In this document: piece after piece, positions 15,665 through 27,400 of the stretch
Position numbering within the stretch: the stretch's first letter is position 1
Layout of the letters: every line of letters starts with the position of its first letter
DNA from: Fonticula alba ATCC 38817
Taxonomy: Eukaryota; Protista; Nucleariida
Strand: one strand, 5' to 3'
NCBI GenBank assembly: GCA_000388065.2
Contig: KB932203.1
DNA length: 64,000 bases
Notes under the pieces: model-generated
Databases searched by the model: none
Told to the model about the DNA's origin: nothing
What the model saw: only the letters and a program-made list of their open reading frames with translations
Position numbers and translations under genes: made by a program

Positions 15665-17937
15665 ATGACTCACCCAGATCAGCCAGAGGCCATGCCCGAG
15701 GCCTCGGCCGCCGAGGCGGTTCAGCCGCCCGCCACCCTGGAGGAAACGCCTGCCACCGCCACCGCCACCGCCACTGCCGCCACCCCCTCTACTGCTGAGG
15801 ACATCGAGGAGCAGTCTAAAATGGACGCCGCGGCTGCGACGTCCACCTCCTCCACCAGCCCCGGCAAGCCTGCCGACCCCGAGGCCAACCTCATCATCAA
15901 CTACATTCCAAACAATGTTGACGAGGCCCATCTGTCGGAGGTGCGTCCGGCTTGCCGGTCTTCCTTTTTGCCGTCTGCCCAGCCTCCCTTGCATTCTCAC
16001 ACCGCCAAATGGACCGGGGCACAGCTCTTCAATCGCTACGGCACTCCCATCAGTGTTCGTGTCATTCGCAACACCGACAACAACGAGAGTCTGGGCTACG
16101 GCTTTGTTCGCTATGCCGATCGTACGCTCTCCTTTTGATCCCCCCACCCCGCCTTTGACCATGCATTTCTTTTGACCGGACTAACCGATGCCTCTCGGCC
16201 CTTCTCCCNNNNNNNNNNNNNNNNNNNNNNNNNNNNNNNNNNNNNNNNNNNNNNNNNNNNNNNNNNNNNNNNNNNNNNNNNNNNNNNNNNNNNNNNNNNN
16301 NNNNNNNNNNNNNNNNNNNNNNNNNNNNNNNNNNNNNNNNNNNNNNNNNNNNNNNNNNCACACACACACAGGAAACGAGGCTCAGGCGGCCATCCGAGAC
16401 CTGAATGGCCACAAGATCGGGGACAAGTCCCTGCGTGTGGCGGTCTCCCGGCCGCGCACCAACAACAACCTCTACGTGGCTGGCCTCGACCCGGAAACCA
16501 CGCGCGAGGACCTTTTTAAGCTTTTCTCCCAGTTTGGCCAAGTGACGGATGTCAAAATTCTCGTCAGTGCGTGTCGCGATTGATGCGCATTTACTCCGGC
16601 CTCGACCGATCGCCGCCTGGCCCTCCTGCTTTTCTCCCCCACCCCCCCTGAGCAGGTACACTAATCCCCCCCCCCCTCCACACACACACACACACACCAC
16701 GACCAACACTCCTGCCCCCGGCAGATCCCAACTCCGGCATCAGCCGAGGTGTTGCCTTTGTTCGCTTTGACAACGACCAGGGCGCCCGCAAGGCCATTGA
16801 CAGCCTGGACGGTAGCCCCACCCGGTCGGATCGCGTGCTCACTGTGCGTGTGGCCGACTCCCCGTCGAGCAGCTCGCGCGGGCCGCAGCGGTCGGCCGGT
16901 GGCCGGGCCACCTCCGGACCGGCGGACACCATGGTCAGTCGCAATCACCCAGCCGGCACCCATCGGCACCCGGGCCAGGACCACTCCCGACATGGGACCA
17001 TGGCCGGGCTGAACGGTCCGGCTGGGCCGATCCCGCATGGTGCTCTTGCCGGGGCGCCCGCCGGCCCTGGCGGTGGCCATGCGCATCCTCTGACGCACTT
17101 GCACGTGGGCCCGGGCCTGGTGGCTGCCCACCACCACCCGCATGCCCATCACCCACATCATCTTGGCCACCATCCGCATCACCCGCATCTGGCCCATCAC
17201 CCGCATGCGCATTTGTCTCATGCTGGCGTGTTGCTGGCGCCGGCTGGTGCTGGGAATCCCCCGGCCGCGGTGGCCGCGCGTTTTGCGCAGGTTGTGCCGG
17301 CCGGCGCCCAGGTCCTGTTCGCTCCGCACCCGGGCGCTGGCGCTGCCGCCGCGCCCGCTGCCCCGGGGTCGCCCATGCACATGGATCACCATCCAGGCGC
17401 GAGTGGCCCATGGCCCGGTTTCCACTCCTACACCCCGGTGCACTATGGGCATATCCATGCCACCCCCCCTCAGTTCCACCAGCACTCGGGGCCAGGCGGT
17501 CCGGGGGCCGGGTCAGCCGCCGTCGCTGGGGCTGGCGCTGCCTCCAACGGGACGCCGACCGCCGTTCCCGTTCCGATGGGGCCGCACCACCGCCTGGTCC
17601 CGATGCACGCGGCTCCGGGCGCGGTCCTCGCTCCGGGGATCCCGACGGCTGCCACGGTGGCCTCGGGCGCCATGGCTGGCCAAGGTCCTGGCAATGGCAG
17701 CAACGGCAGCAGCACCAACACGGGCAGCATCTCGCATCCGAAACACTTGACGCTCTTTGTGTACGACATCCCGGCCAGCATGGACAATGACCAGCTCTTG
17801 GAGCTCTTTGGTACGCACAGTTCCCAAACGTCGGCCAGTGGCTGCGCGCCCCTCGCATGGGACCAGCGCGAGCATCTTCGCGATGGATTGACTCACCATC
17901 TCGCTGCCCATCTCCTCCTCGATCCTCGTTCCGCTCC

Positions 17938-17968
<31 letters not shown>

Positions 17969-18188
17969 GCCGAACGGTCCGGGCGGTTACACACCTCTAC
18001 AATGCCCCCACGCAGCCGCCCATGGCAAGAACATCTCGGCCCAGGTGACTCGCGACCCTGCCACCGGCAAGAGTCGTGGCTTTGGCTTTGTGTACTTCCA
18101 GAGCGTCTCCGAGGCCCAACAGGCCATCGACCAACTTGATGGTTTTGTCCTTGACACCAAGAAGCTGCAGGTTTCCTTTCGCCGCTAG
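15665..18188 (+). CDS. ELAV/Hu-like RNA-binding protein with three RRMs and a His/Pro/Ala-rich hinge
   Basis: RRM1: NLIINYIP...SLGYGFVRY...LNGHKIGDKSLRVAVSRP. RRM2: NLYVAGL...SRGVAFVRF. RRM3: TLFVYDIP...KSRGFGFVYF...KKLQVSFRR*. A gap at 16209-16358 lies in an intron. Confidence 0.9.
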
Positions 18189-20322
18189 GCAAGGCCGTGT
18201 GCGCATGCACATCGGGTCTGCCACTGAGGCCTCTAAATAGACATGTCAAAAGCTCCACCGTGCCCAAGTGCGTGCTTGCGCATACATACGGTATGTTTGT
18301 GTGTGTGTGTGGGGGGGGGGGNNNNNNNNNNNNNNNNNNNNNNNNNNNNNNNNNNNNNNNNNNNNNNNNNNNNNNNNNNNNNNNNNNNGGCAGAAGGAGA
18401 GAAGATCGCAGTGCCGCGCGGCGCACGGTGTCCCAGATACTCAGTTAATGGGCGCTATGTCATGTGCCCGATTTCGTGGGAATGTCTCGTAATGTTATTG
18501 TGGCACGTGACTGCATGTGATCCGGCGCGAATTCGGAGGAGAATCTCCCAATCTAGCTTCGGCCTACCGGAGGAGAGTGCGCATCCACGTCTGGCACTCG
18601 CACAAGCCGCCGAGCGCCTGCGGGCGGGGGAGCGGAGTGGGGGAACCCTAAATACGTATTGGACATTGTTCAATTCTGGACGAGATGCTCCGAGTGCTCT
18701 TGCCCACTTGTTCGTGGGCGTCCGCTCGGCCTGCTGGTTGCCACTCGCCTTCAGGGACGCGCACATTGGGAACATGCGCTGCCGCTCTCCAAGCACAGCT
18801 CCCCTGCAACGGGCCAGGCGCCTCTTCTTTCGAGTTGCCGTGGTGTGAGGATGACCCTGCCCCCCCCCCCCCCCACGCCCTTGGGGCAGCAGGTGGGTGC
18901 TTACCCCTTTTTGGAGCCTTCCGGGTGTTGTTATTTCCCCGCGGCGGGCCGTCAGGTCGCGACGAGCGCTGTGTGTGTGTGTCTGTGTGTGTGCGTGTGC
19001 GTGTGCCTATGTGTGAGCGTGTCTGAAAATGGTTGGAGATTCCGCGGGCCAGAAGGCCGCGGATATTCGCGAGATAATATTCCTCAATGTCAAAGCGGGG
19101 CAGGGCATGCCCTCTTTTGTTCCATCACCCTCCCTCTGTCTCACACACATACATACACACACACACACTCACACGGGGGGAAAGGAATGAGCGGGGGATT
19201 CCCGCTCCGTTACTTTCGGGTTGATCGCGTCGGGCCTGCGCGGTGTAATACTGTGCCAGGGCCAGGGGCGGGGGGGGGGGGGACGTCTGCGGGCCTGCTG
19301 CTCGGACAAGAACAAAAATAGAGCCTGAGGGATGAGGCTGCGCCCCATACCTGTGAGGAAGTAAACATCCACCTGGCTGTCCGTCTGCCGGGGGGAGAGG
19401 GCGGCTTCTGTTGTGTCTTGCCGCCTACCTGGCTGCTGACTTTTTTTTCTCCCGCGGCAAGGCGAGCTCCTGGGTCCGAATGTTCGGCGCCCACCGGCTC
19501 TCCCTCTGCCCCCTCCTCGCCCCGGACCACAACGGGGGGACGGGGGGTGGTGGTCGGCCGGGGGGGAGGGGGAGGAGGGGGGCACGCATACCAGTCGCGC
19601 GCGCGCGCACAAGTGCACAGAGCCACAGAGGTCCCTCCGTGCTTGCCCCCAATATTTCTCCCCTCGGCGGGAATGTGCCCCTGCTTATGGGGGGGAAACA
19701 CTCCCCGCGGTGAGAGGCCGACCCCGGAAGAGAGCCCTCGCTTGGCCAGGGACGAAGCGACGGAGTACACAGCACACCAGCCCCTCAAATGCATGCCCAG
19801 TCCCCTCCGCCGGCCCGGGGGCCGCTTTCGGCAGACCATACGCCCTGAGTTCGCACCTTGGCCGTCTTTCTTCCCCCCCCCTCCTTTCTCCCTCCTCTCC
19901 CCCTGCATTCTTGTCCGTCCCGCCCTCTCCTCCTCCTCCTCTCTCTCTCTCTCTCTCTCTCGCCCGCCTCGCCCGCCTCGCCTGCTTCCCTCATCCCTTC
20001 TACTCCCCTCCGTCTGCTTCCTTCTCCGCTGTCCATGTGCCCACAACATCGCGTCACTGTCATTTGCTCGCCGGTTCTCGCCGGTTCTCCCTTGCCTCTC
20101 GTCTTCTTTATCCATCTATCCGTCTCCTCCCTCCGCTCCTCCTCTCTCTCTCTCTCTCCTTCTCTTGCGGCGTTTCCCACTGCCCTACTGTCTGTCGCAC
20201 AACTGACCGTGTTGTCCGTCGTCCCTCTGCGGGGCCCCACATGTGTCCTTCTTGCCTGCTTTTCTCCTCCCTTCTTCCCCTCCCCCCTGTGGCCTCTCCC
20301 ACTCCCCGTCCAGTCATTAGCA

Positions 20323-21273
20323 ATGGTGCGCCCCTGCCTTTCGTCGTTCCCCGCCACCTCTCCAACCTCCCTAACCCCACTGCCCCTCCCTGCCGCTCGG
20401 GCGTCTCACGCTGCATGTAGTCTGCCACCACCAGCGCCCTCCGTCCCTACCTGAATGCCGTCAAGGCCAGTCTCGATGCCTCCCTGTGCATTGAGAACTT
20501 CCCCTCTCAGCTGGTCGAGCGCCACAACAAGCCTGAGGTCGAGGCCCGGTGCGTGTCCCCCTCGCTTGCCCTCTACCACCTCGCGCCCCTCCATCCTCCG
20601 CTCTTGCCCGGGCCCTCCTTTTTTTACTGACCGCTCACCATCTCCCTCAACCCCCCCCCCCCTCTCTCTCTCTCTCCCCCTCTCCCCCGCTATTGCGTAT
20701 CATAATGCAGCTCCTCCAAGGAGGACCTCCTGACCCCGATTGTGGTCAGCCGTAACGAGAACGAGCGCGTCCTCATCGAGAGCTCCATCAACTCCGTCCG
20801 CATCTCCATCAGCATCAAGCAGATCGATGACATCGACCGCATTCTCTGCCACAAGCTCACCCGCTTCCTGATGATGCGTGCTGAGAACTTCGTTGTCCTT
20901 CGCCGCAAGGCCATCGCCGGCTACGACATCTCCTTCCTGATCACCAACTTCCATGTCGAGCAGATGTACAAGCACAAGCTCGTGGACTTCATCATCCAGT
21001 TCATGGAGGACATCGACAAGGAGATTTCCGAGATGAAGCTTTCTCTCAACGCCCGCGCTCGTATTTGCGCTGAGGAGTTCCTCAAGCACGTATGTTGCCC
21101 CTCTCTTTCTCCCTTCCTCTCTCTCTCTCTCTCCCTCTCCAGTGGGCTTCTCCTCGTTCGCCCTCGCGTTGTCCTCCCTTTTGCGCTGCGCTGACCTCCC
21201 AGCTATTCGCCCTCCCCTCTGCCCATCCGTCCGTCTGTTCCTTTCTCCTCCGTCGCTTCCATCACAGTTCTAA
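20323..21273 (+). CDS. ARPC4: Actin-related protein 2/3 complex subunit 4 (p20-Arc)
   Basis: Exons: ATG only (20323-20325), 20421-20548, 20711-21089 and 21268-21273 (F*). Sequence LRPYLNAV...[10 protein letters not shown]...[20 protein letters not shown]...[12 protein letters not shown]...[16 protein letters not shown]. Confidence 0.97.
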
Positions 21274-22248
21274 GCAGTCGCTTTCCCCCTGCATCTATGG
21301 TATGTCGTGCGCGTGCGTGCGTACACATGCTCACACATGCACGCGCTCATACCCACACACTGGGGCCCCCTGTCGCCGGTTTGCTTGCGGCCCCCCCGCC
21401 TGGGCGGGAGAGACCCATAGCACGACATCTGCCCCTCTTCCGGAGTATGTGCATGTGCATGTGTATGCGGGTGCATGCGGGTGTGCGCGACTGCGCACGC
21501 GCACTCCCAGCATACCCTCCCCCTATCTCTCCCTCTATCCCCCCTCCTTCTCCTCCACATACACACACATGCACACACATGCACACAAACAAAGCCTCTC
21601 ATCCCACATCGCGCATGCGAGCACTGGCTTCCTGCTCTTCTCTGCGTTCGCTCATACTGCGCCCCTTGCGCCTCTTTTCCCGCCAGTTCCCCCCGGGGGT
21701 GTGGTGTGAGCCTGCGTCAGTGCGCCTTCTCCTCCTCCTCCTCCTCCTCCTGGCGTGTGTATGTATGTTCGCTCTCCGTTTGCCACTCGGGGCGAGTGCG
21801 CATGTCCGTTCCATAGCCATGCATCCCTTTCCTCTTCAAAACAATACAATCCTCCCCAGGACACGGCTCTCCTGCTTTTTGCTCCCTTTCTTCCCATCTT
21901 CCTCCCTCTTCCTCCCTCTCTCTCTCAAGTACAAGCACACACAGTAGCCACGTATGCTGGGGCATTCATGCATAGGCCTCTCATCTTCCATAACCAGGAA
22001 GATGGAGGTGTGTGTGTGTGTGTGTGTGTGTGGGAGGAGCCTTCTCTATTGGTTTTGGGGGCTTTTTTTCCGGCATAAAGTGAAACATCAAGGACATATA
22101 TGTGACAGAGGGAGGGGGGAAGAAAACAATTGGACATGCGCCCGTTCGGCCTCAGGAGGGGGCGCATCGGGAAGATGCACACACACACACACACACACAC
22201 GACGCACGTAGTCGCCGGGCCAAAGGGGTGCACACGGTACTGGCCCAC

Positions 22249-23259
22249 CTACGCACAGGCGAAGAACTCGTCATCCAGCACAGCACGGAAGGCCCGACGG
22301 TCGGCCTCATCGATGGCGAGCTGGTCAACTGGCAGGTCGGTGCAGGGCTCCTCATCGGAGGCCTCATCCTGGCAGGCATCAGCCGACTCGAACTTGCACG
22401 GGGGGAAGGGCTTCTGTAGGGTGATCCCCTCGGGGTCGAGGATGCGACGGGCAACCTCGATATCCCGGCGGATGGACTTGACAAGGGCGCGTAGCGAGGG
22501 GAACTTGCGCTCTGGGCGAATGTACCCGAGAACGGCCACGCGCAGGTGTGCGCCATAGAAAGTCCTGGAGAAGTTCCACAGAATGTGAACCTCCTACAGG
22601 GAAAGGTCGGTCAGGGCACGGATCACGCGGAGGGGGGGGGGGGGGGGGGGAACAGGGAGCGGGGAAGACGAGGGGGCATGGGCGAGGGCCATGCTCAGCA
22701 TACCATCGACTTCTTCTCGTCGGCAAAATGCGGGTTCCAGCCGAGGGACATGACCATTGGCAGGGCATGCTTCGGCAGAATGTCATCGATACTTGGGGAG
22801 GGGGGCGGGGGGATGGAGGAGTCTTGTTCGACCGGCGAATCTGGCCGGCTCACCAAGGCATAGCCGAAGTACACTCCAGTCGGCAGGTGGTGTGCCGCGG
22901 CGTTGGAGATATTCTCAGGCAGGTTGGCTTAATGGGGGCAGGGGGGGGGGGGGACGGGCCGCCGGATGTTAGTGAACGAGTGCCGCCGTGTGCAGACATG
23001 TGCGCATGCGAAAGGCCGGCATACCAGTCGGAATGCCCAGCTGGCTGCTACCGCGGCCGAACCCATGCACAATGCGGCCCTGAGCAAAGACCGGTCCCCC
23101 GGGCAGGGGAACGTAGCCCTTGACCGGATCCTCGAGGAGGCAGATGCCGGAGGGAGCACAGACGGAGGTGTCCTGGGCTGGCTCGATGACCGTGTCGGCC
23201 TCCGCGCCGGCGGAGCGGAGCGCCGGGATGTGGTTGTCGTGAATCTTGGAGGAGCCCAT
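22249..23259 (-). CDS. RFK: Riboflavin kinase (monofunctional FMN1/RFK type)
   Basis: Motifs GRIVHGFGRGSSQLGIPT|AN, TGVYFGYA, MVMSLGWNPHF, EVHIL, LGYIRPERKFPSLRALV and DIEVAR. An acceptor precedes the ATG at 23259, so an upstream exon (near 23400+, running toward the gap) may extend the N-terminus. Confidence 0.92.
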
Positions 23260-24029
23260 GGCTGGGGCAGGGGGACAGCGGAAGATGGGGACAGGGGGGG
23301 GGGGGGGGGGGGGCATCAGTTAGGATGTCTGGGGATGGGTGGCTGGGCTGGACGCGGAGAGGAGGGAGGAGCGGGGGCGAGGGAGAGGCGCCATACCTGG
23401 GGGAGGGGCGGCGGATGGGATGGAGGTGTGGGCAGGAGATGAAGGGACAGGCGGTGGGAGAGGCTGGGAGTGGAGCGGGTTGACAGGAAAGGCATCTGAC
23501 TGTGGGCGGCTCGCTGGCCCATCTGTTCGATCGTCTCTTGTCTCTGGATGGAGAGGCGGCGGGCTACAGGATAGGGTGGCAGGATGGGGGGGGNNNNNNN
23601 NNNNNNNNNNNNNNNNNNNNNNNNNNNNNNNNNNNNNNNNNNNNNNNNNNNNNNNNNNNNNNNNNNNNNNNNNNNNNNNNNNNNGGGGGGTCCGATTGGT
23701 GGGACTGTCCTTGGTAGCCTCCGGCGTGTTCGTGGAACCACACCGGGGCTCACAGCGCACCAGGCTCCCCCGCCCCCCCCCCCCCCCCCTTCACCGCCAC
23801 CTCCGTGTTGGATTGAGGCCGACATGAGGGAGAAGGCGGGATATTGTGCACCGATGTTCAACGCGACCGGAGACCGCGCGCCTGCCGCCAGGTGGTACGG
23901 TGTTCGGAGATCACATTCGAGAGAACATCGAGGAAGGGGTAGGTCTCAAGGCGCGCGCGTTCACGCGGCATGCAAGGGAGGGGGCGGGGGGGGGGGCATA
24001 CCCTGGCGCTCCATTTTGGTCCTTGCCAA

Positions 24030-24690
24030 AGGCACTGTAGTGGAATCCCCATGTAAACGATAGATGAAGCAACACGTGAGTGAATTGCCACACGTGTTAC
24101 ATCGTGGGAATGATAGCATCCCAGAACAGCATTCCTCGGAGAGGAATGCGGGGTAGAACAACAGCCAGGTGGCCGCCGAGGCCGAGCGGCATAAACGCTC
24201 GACCGAGGACGGAGATACGCGGGTGGGCGGGCCCAGCCGCGGGGTTCTCAGTTCCAACCCCTGACCGAGCCCAAAGGTCAAAAAGGGGGACTCTCGTTGA
24301 GAGCCTCCTGAGAGCGAAAGCCTTAGCAGCTGTGTGTCGAAGAGTATACGGAAGTATAGCCGAAGCACCAGTTAGGCCGACGAACACCTGTTCTAAGGCT
24401 TCCTCTCGAACCCTTTTTAACATCCGAGTTCCTTTCTATTTTCGCTTGCCACTAACTCGTCTCAAGCCGAGTTACTGACTCATCTGGTAACAGACGACCG
24501 TGAACCGCTGGTTGGTATGTCCCCTCCTTCATGCCAAGAGGTTACTAACCAGGTGGCAGATCACACTGGTACCCTTCGTCAAGCCTCACTCACTTGACTT
24601 AGGCTTAACCCGTGTGAACCCTGCTACAGGCACCTGCGGGACACGCTTTCGGGGGATGTCCCTGTCACTGGTGCGGGTGCACTTGTCAGG
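24030..24690 (+). ncRNA. Unidentified highly structured RNA candidate (one or two units)
   Basis: More than 12 closely packed hairpins, three GNRA tetraloops on the + strand, G-U pairs favouring +, end-pairing of 24058-24070 with 24398-24408, and T5 at 24414-24418. It lacks the microsatellites and homopolymers of its flanks. Family not established. Confidence 0.5.
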
Positions 24691-25520
24691 CCTCTTGGCC
24701 CCCCCCCCCGGGGGGGGGGGGGGTTGGCACAGAGGCGGACACAGGCCTGCTTGCGGGCCCCCTCTCCTGTCCTCGCCCTGTTACGGGGATTGCGGAGGCG
24801 GTCCTCGTCCTCTCGGGCAACTGGCCGGGGTGCGGTTTTTCTTCCGGAGCCTCCGCTCGCGTGTGAATGTGCGGGGGCGGGGACGGGCGGGGGCGGGGGC
24901 GGGGGCGGGGGCTGGATAATCATTAGGGGTGGATGACCAGAGGCCTCCCTTCGCGCCTGGGGGCCTATCACCTTCGTGGGTGGTTTCTCCTGGCGTAGCC
25001 TGACAAAGCATGTTGAATTTCTTTACAAACCGTCACATGCCACCTATTGTATCACGTTCGCATGGGCGCAATCACGCGACCACCGTCTCTCAGTAGGGTT
25101 GTCGCCTGGTCTGCAGCCAGCGCCGCGGGGGACGGCCGGGACAGCGGGGCGGAAGGCCCTCCCACATTCGGGGCGGATGGAAGTTCCCCGTGCCCCCTGC
25201 CCGATCTTCCCACCCGTATCTGCACCGGAAGGGACCTCAGTGGACTGGCGTGAGGGTGCAAAGCAGAGCGATCTCCCAACTGGGGAAGCCGGGAGGGGCG
25301 GCTTGCATGTTTTGCCTGGGCCGGGCGCAAGGTGCGCGTGCGTGTGTGGCGCGCCCCAGGGACAATCCTTTTCAGCCTCCTGCCTGCTTGCCTGCCGTAT
25401 GGGCCAATCAGCATCAAGGTTTCCTCCTCCTCCTCCCCCCCCCGCCCCTGCCTCTCTCCCTCGCCCGCCTCCCCCATCCTCCGCTCCTCCGCTCCTCCGC
25501 TCTCCCCCCCCCATCTAGCC

Positions 25521-26355
25521 ATGGCCAAGTCTGGATCCGGCACCGCGGCTAACCCGCGCGACCACGCAATTCCCGGCGCTCTGCGTCTGAAGGGCGCCGG
25601 CAAGAAGAAGTCCAAGAAGTCCAAGAAGGTCGATGCCGCGGCCGCAGGTGCTGCAGTCGATGCCTCCGCCAAGACAAAGAGCTCCTCCCCGTACGACATC
25701 GGCCCTTCTCTCCACTTCCTACCGCCGGCCTGTGCCTGGCTTTTCGTTTCGCTGACACCCCTCCTCATCCAGCCCGCCCGCTCTTATCGAGCCGGAGAAG
25801 ACCCCGGCCGAGCTCGAGTATGAGGCCACCATGCGCGAGCGTGTATGTTCCTGTGCCACCAGATGCCCCCCCCCCCCCCCGCCCTGCGGACTCCTCTCTC
25901 CCGGTCCGATGGTTGTACTGTTGTGCGGTTTTTCCCTAACCCCGTCCTCCTTCTCCTCTCCCCTGGCGGGGAACTTCAGCGTTCGCAAAAGATCGAGCAG
26001 ATGGCCAGCAAGTCTCATCGCGAGCGTGTAGCCGTGCGTCCCGTTCCTCTTCCTTTTTGTATCACACTCCAATGTGCTGCTTCGCTCAGGCATCTAACTC
26101 CGTCCTCGTTTGTCTCGTGCTCAGGAGTTCAACGCCAAGCTGGAGAAGCTCACCGAGCACAATGATCTGCTTCGTGTGCGTCTTCACCGCTTGATCACTG
26201 GAAGCTTCGAGCTTCACGCCCCTGCCACCTCTTTCCCTTTGCCCGTTCTCCCTCTGCGCTTTTCTCCTGGCCTTGCGCATGTACTGATGTCACCCTGTCG
26301 CCATACCTCCCCCCTCCCCCCCCCCCCGCCCTGCCCGCAGATCAGCGGCTCTTAA
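25521..26355 (+). CDS. FAM32A: FAM32A-like (DUF1754-type) small nuclear protein
   Basis: Five exons: GALRLKG-KKKSKK, EKTPAELEYE, KIEQMASKSHRERVA|EFNAKLEKLTEHNDL and ISGS*. This matches the KT.A...KSH++RV.+FN..L..L+EH.D pattern. Confidence 0.85.
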
Positions 26356-27400
26356 TGTCTTCCCACCTGCACCTCCTCTTCCGCTCGCCAGGCCTCTGCT
26401 CCTCTATCCACCTCCACCCCCCTGGACTTTGGCCTTTCGTCTGGGATGCTTCAAATATACACATTCAAAAGTATTCTAGCCTTCTACTGGCCCTATTCAT
26501 TCTTTCCCCCTTCTCCCGCTCGCCCCCATCCTTCTCCTTCCGGTTGCTGCCTCCCTCCCCCTCCTCACGGACCGTCATGGAGTGTGGGTGGTCGCATACC
26601 AAAAGTCTTCCCCGCGCCCCTTCCCCCCCCTCTCTTGTGCCCGAGAGGCCCTGTCCTCACCCCGGCGGTTGGAAGGTGTGAAAGTGGCCCGAGGCCCTGA
26701 GAGCAGGCGATCGCGTATCAGTTGGCACCTCGGCCTACAGACGGGTGACAGATTTTTTTGTTGTGTTCAGTCCACACCCCGGGCCGATCAGCCGGCCTGG
26801 GGAGGGCGGACCGGGGAGGGGGGGGGGGGGGCAGGCGGCGGGCACGGACCTCGGATGCCTGGCCCCCTTTGCTCTCAGCCTGGCACTCTGCGTAGACGGG
26901 AAAAAAAAAAAAACACACACTCATCTGCCAGGCTGGTTCGCCCCAAAGCACGTTCTTACTCACTGACCTCGGAGGACGTGTCATCCGCCGACCGCACAGC
27001 TGAGCCCGGGTGGGGGGGTGTCCCCCCTCCCGCCCCCTGTGACCGGCGGCCTGGGACGCATCGTCGTCGGAGGATCCGATCGATCAAAGTTGTTGTTGTT
27101 CTGGGCGCCGGCGGACGCCGTTGGGGGCCTCGCTTTGATGTCTTTGCCGCTAGGAGCTCCCTTTCATCTGGTGAGGACCGTGTGCCAGAGCGGAGGCCAA
27201 AAAGGGAGAAGGGACAGCTGTCCCGGTGCGCTAATTTCGCCCTGAGAATCAAGCTAGCCTGCCCCCCCCCCCCCCCCCTTCTCCTCTGTCGTCTACACCT
27301 TCCAGGCTTCCTCCTCTCCCCCGTGTGCAACGCATACCTTTCCTTCCCCCCTCCCGCCTCTCTCTCTCTCTCTCTCTCCCTCTCTCCCCTTGCCATAGCG

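Noticed and set aside
24262-24330. Resemblance to group II intron domain V, HDV/hammerhead cores, and vertebrate telomerase P6.1 (TTGGGCTCGGTCAG on the - strand)
   Set aside because: The bulge is on the wrong arm for D5, there is no CUGANGA core, the P6.1 stem does not form, and there is no template.
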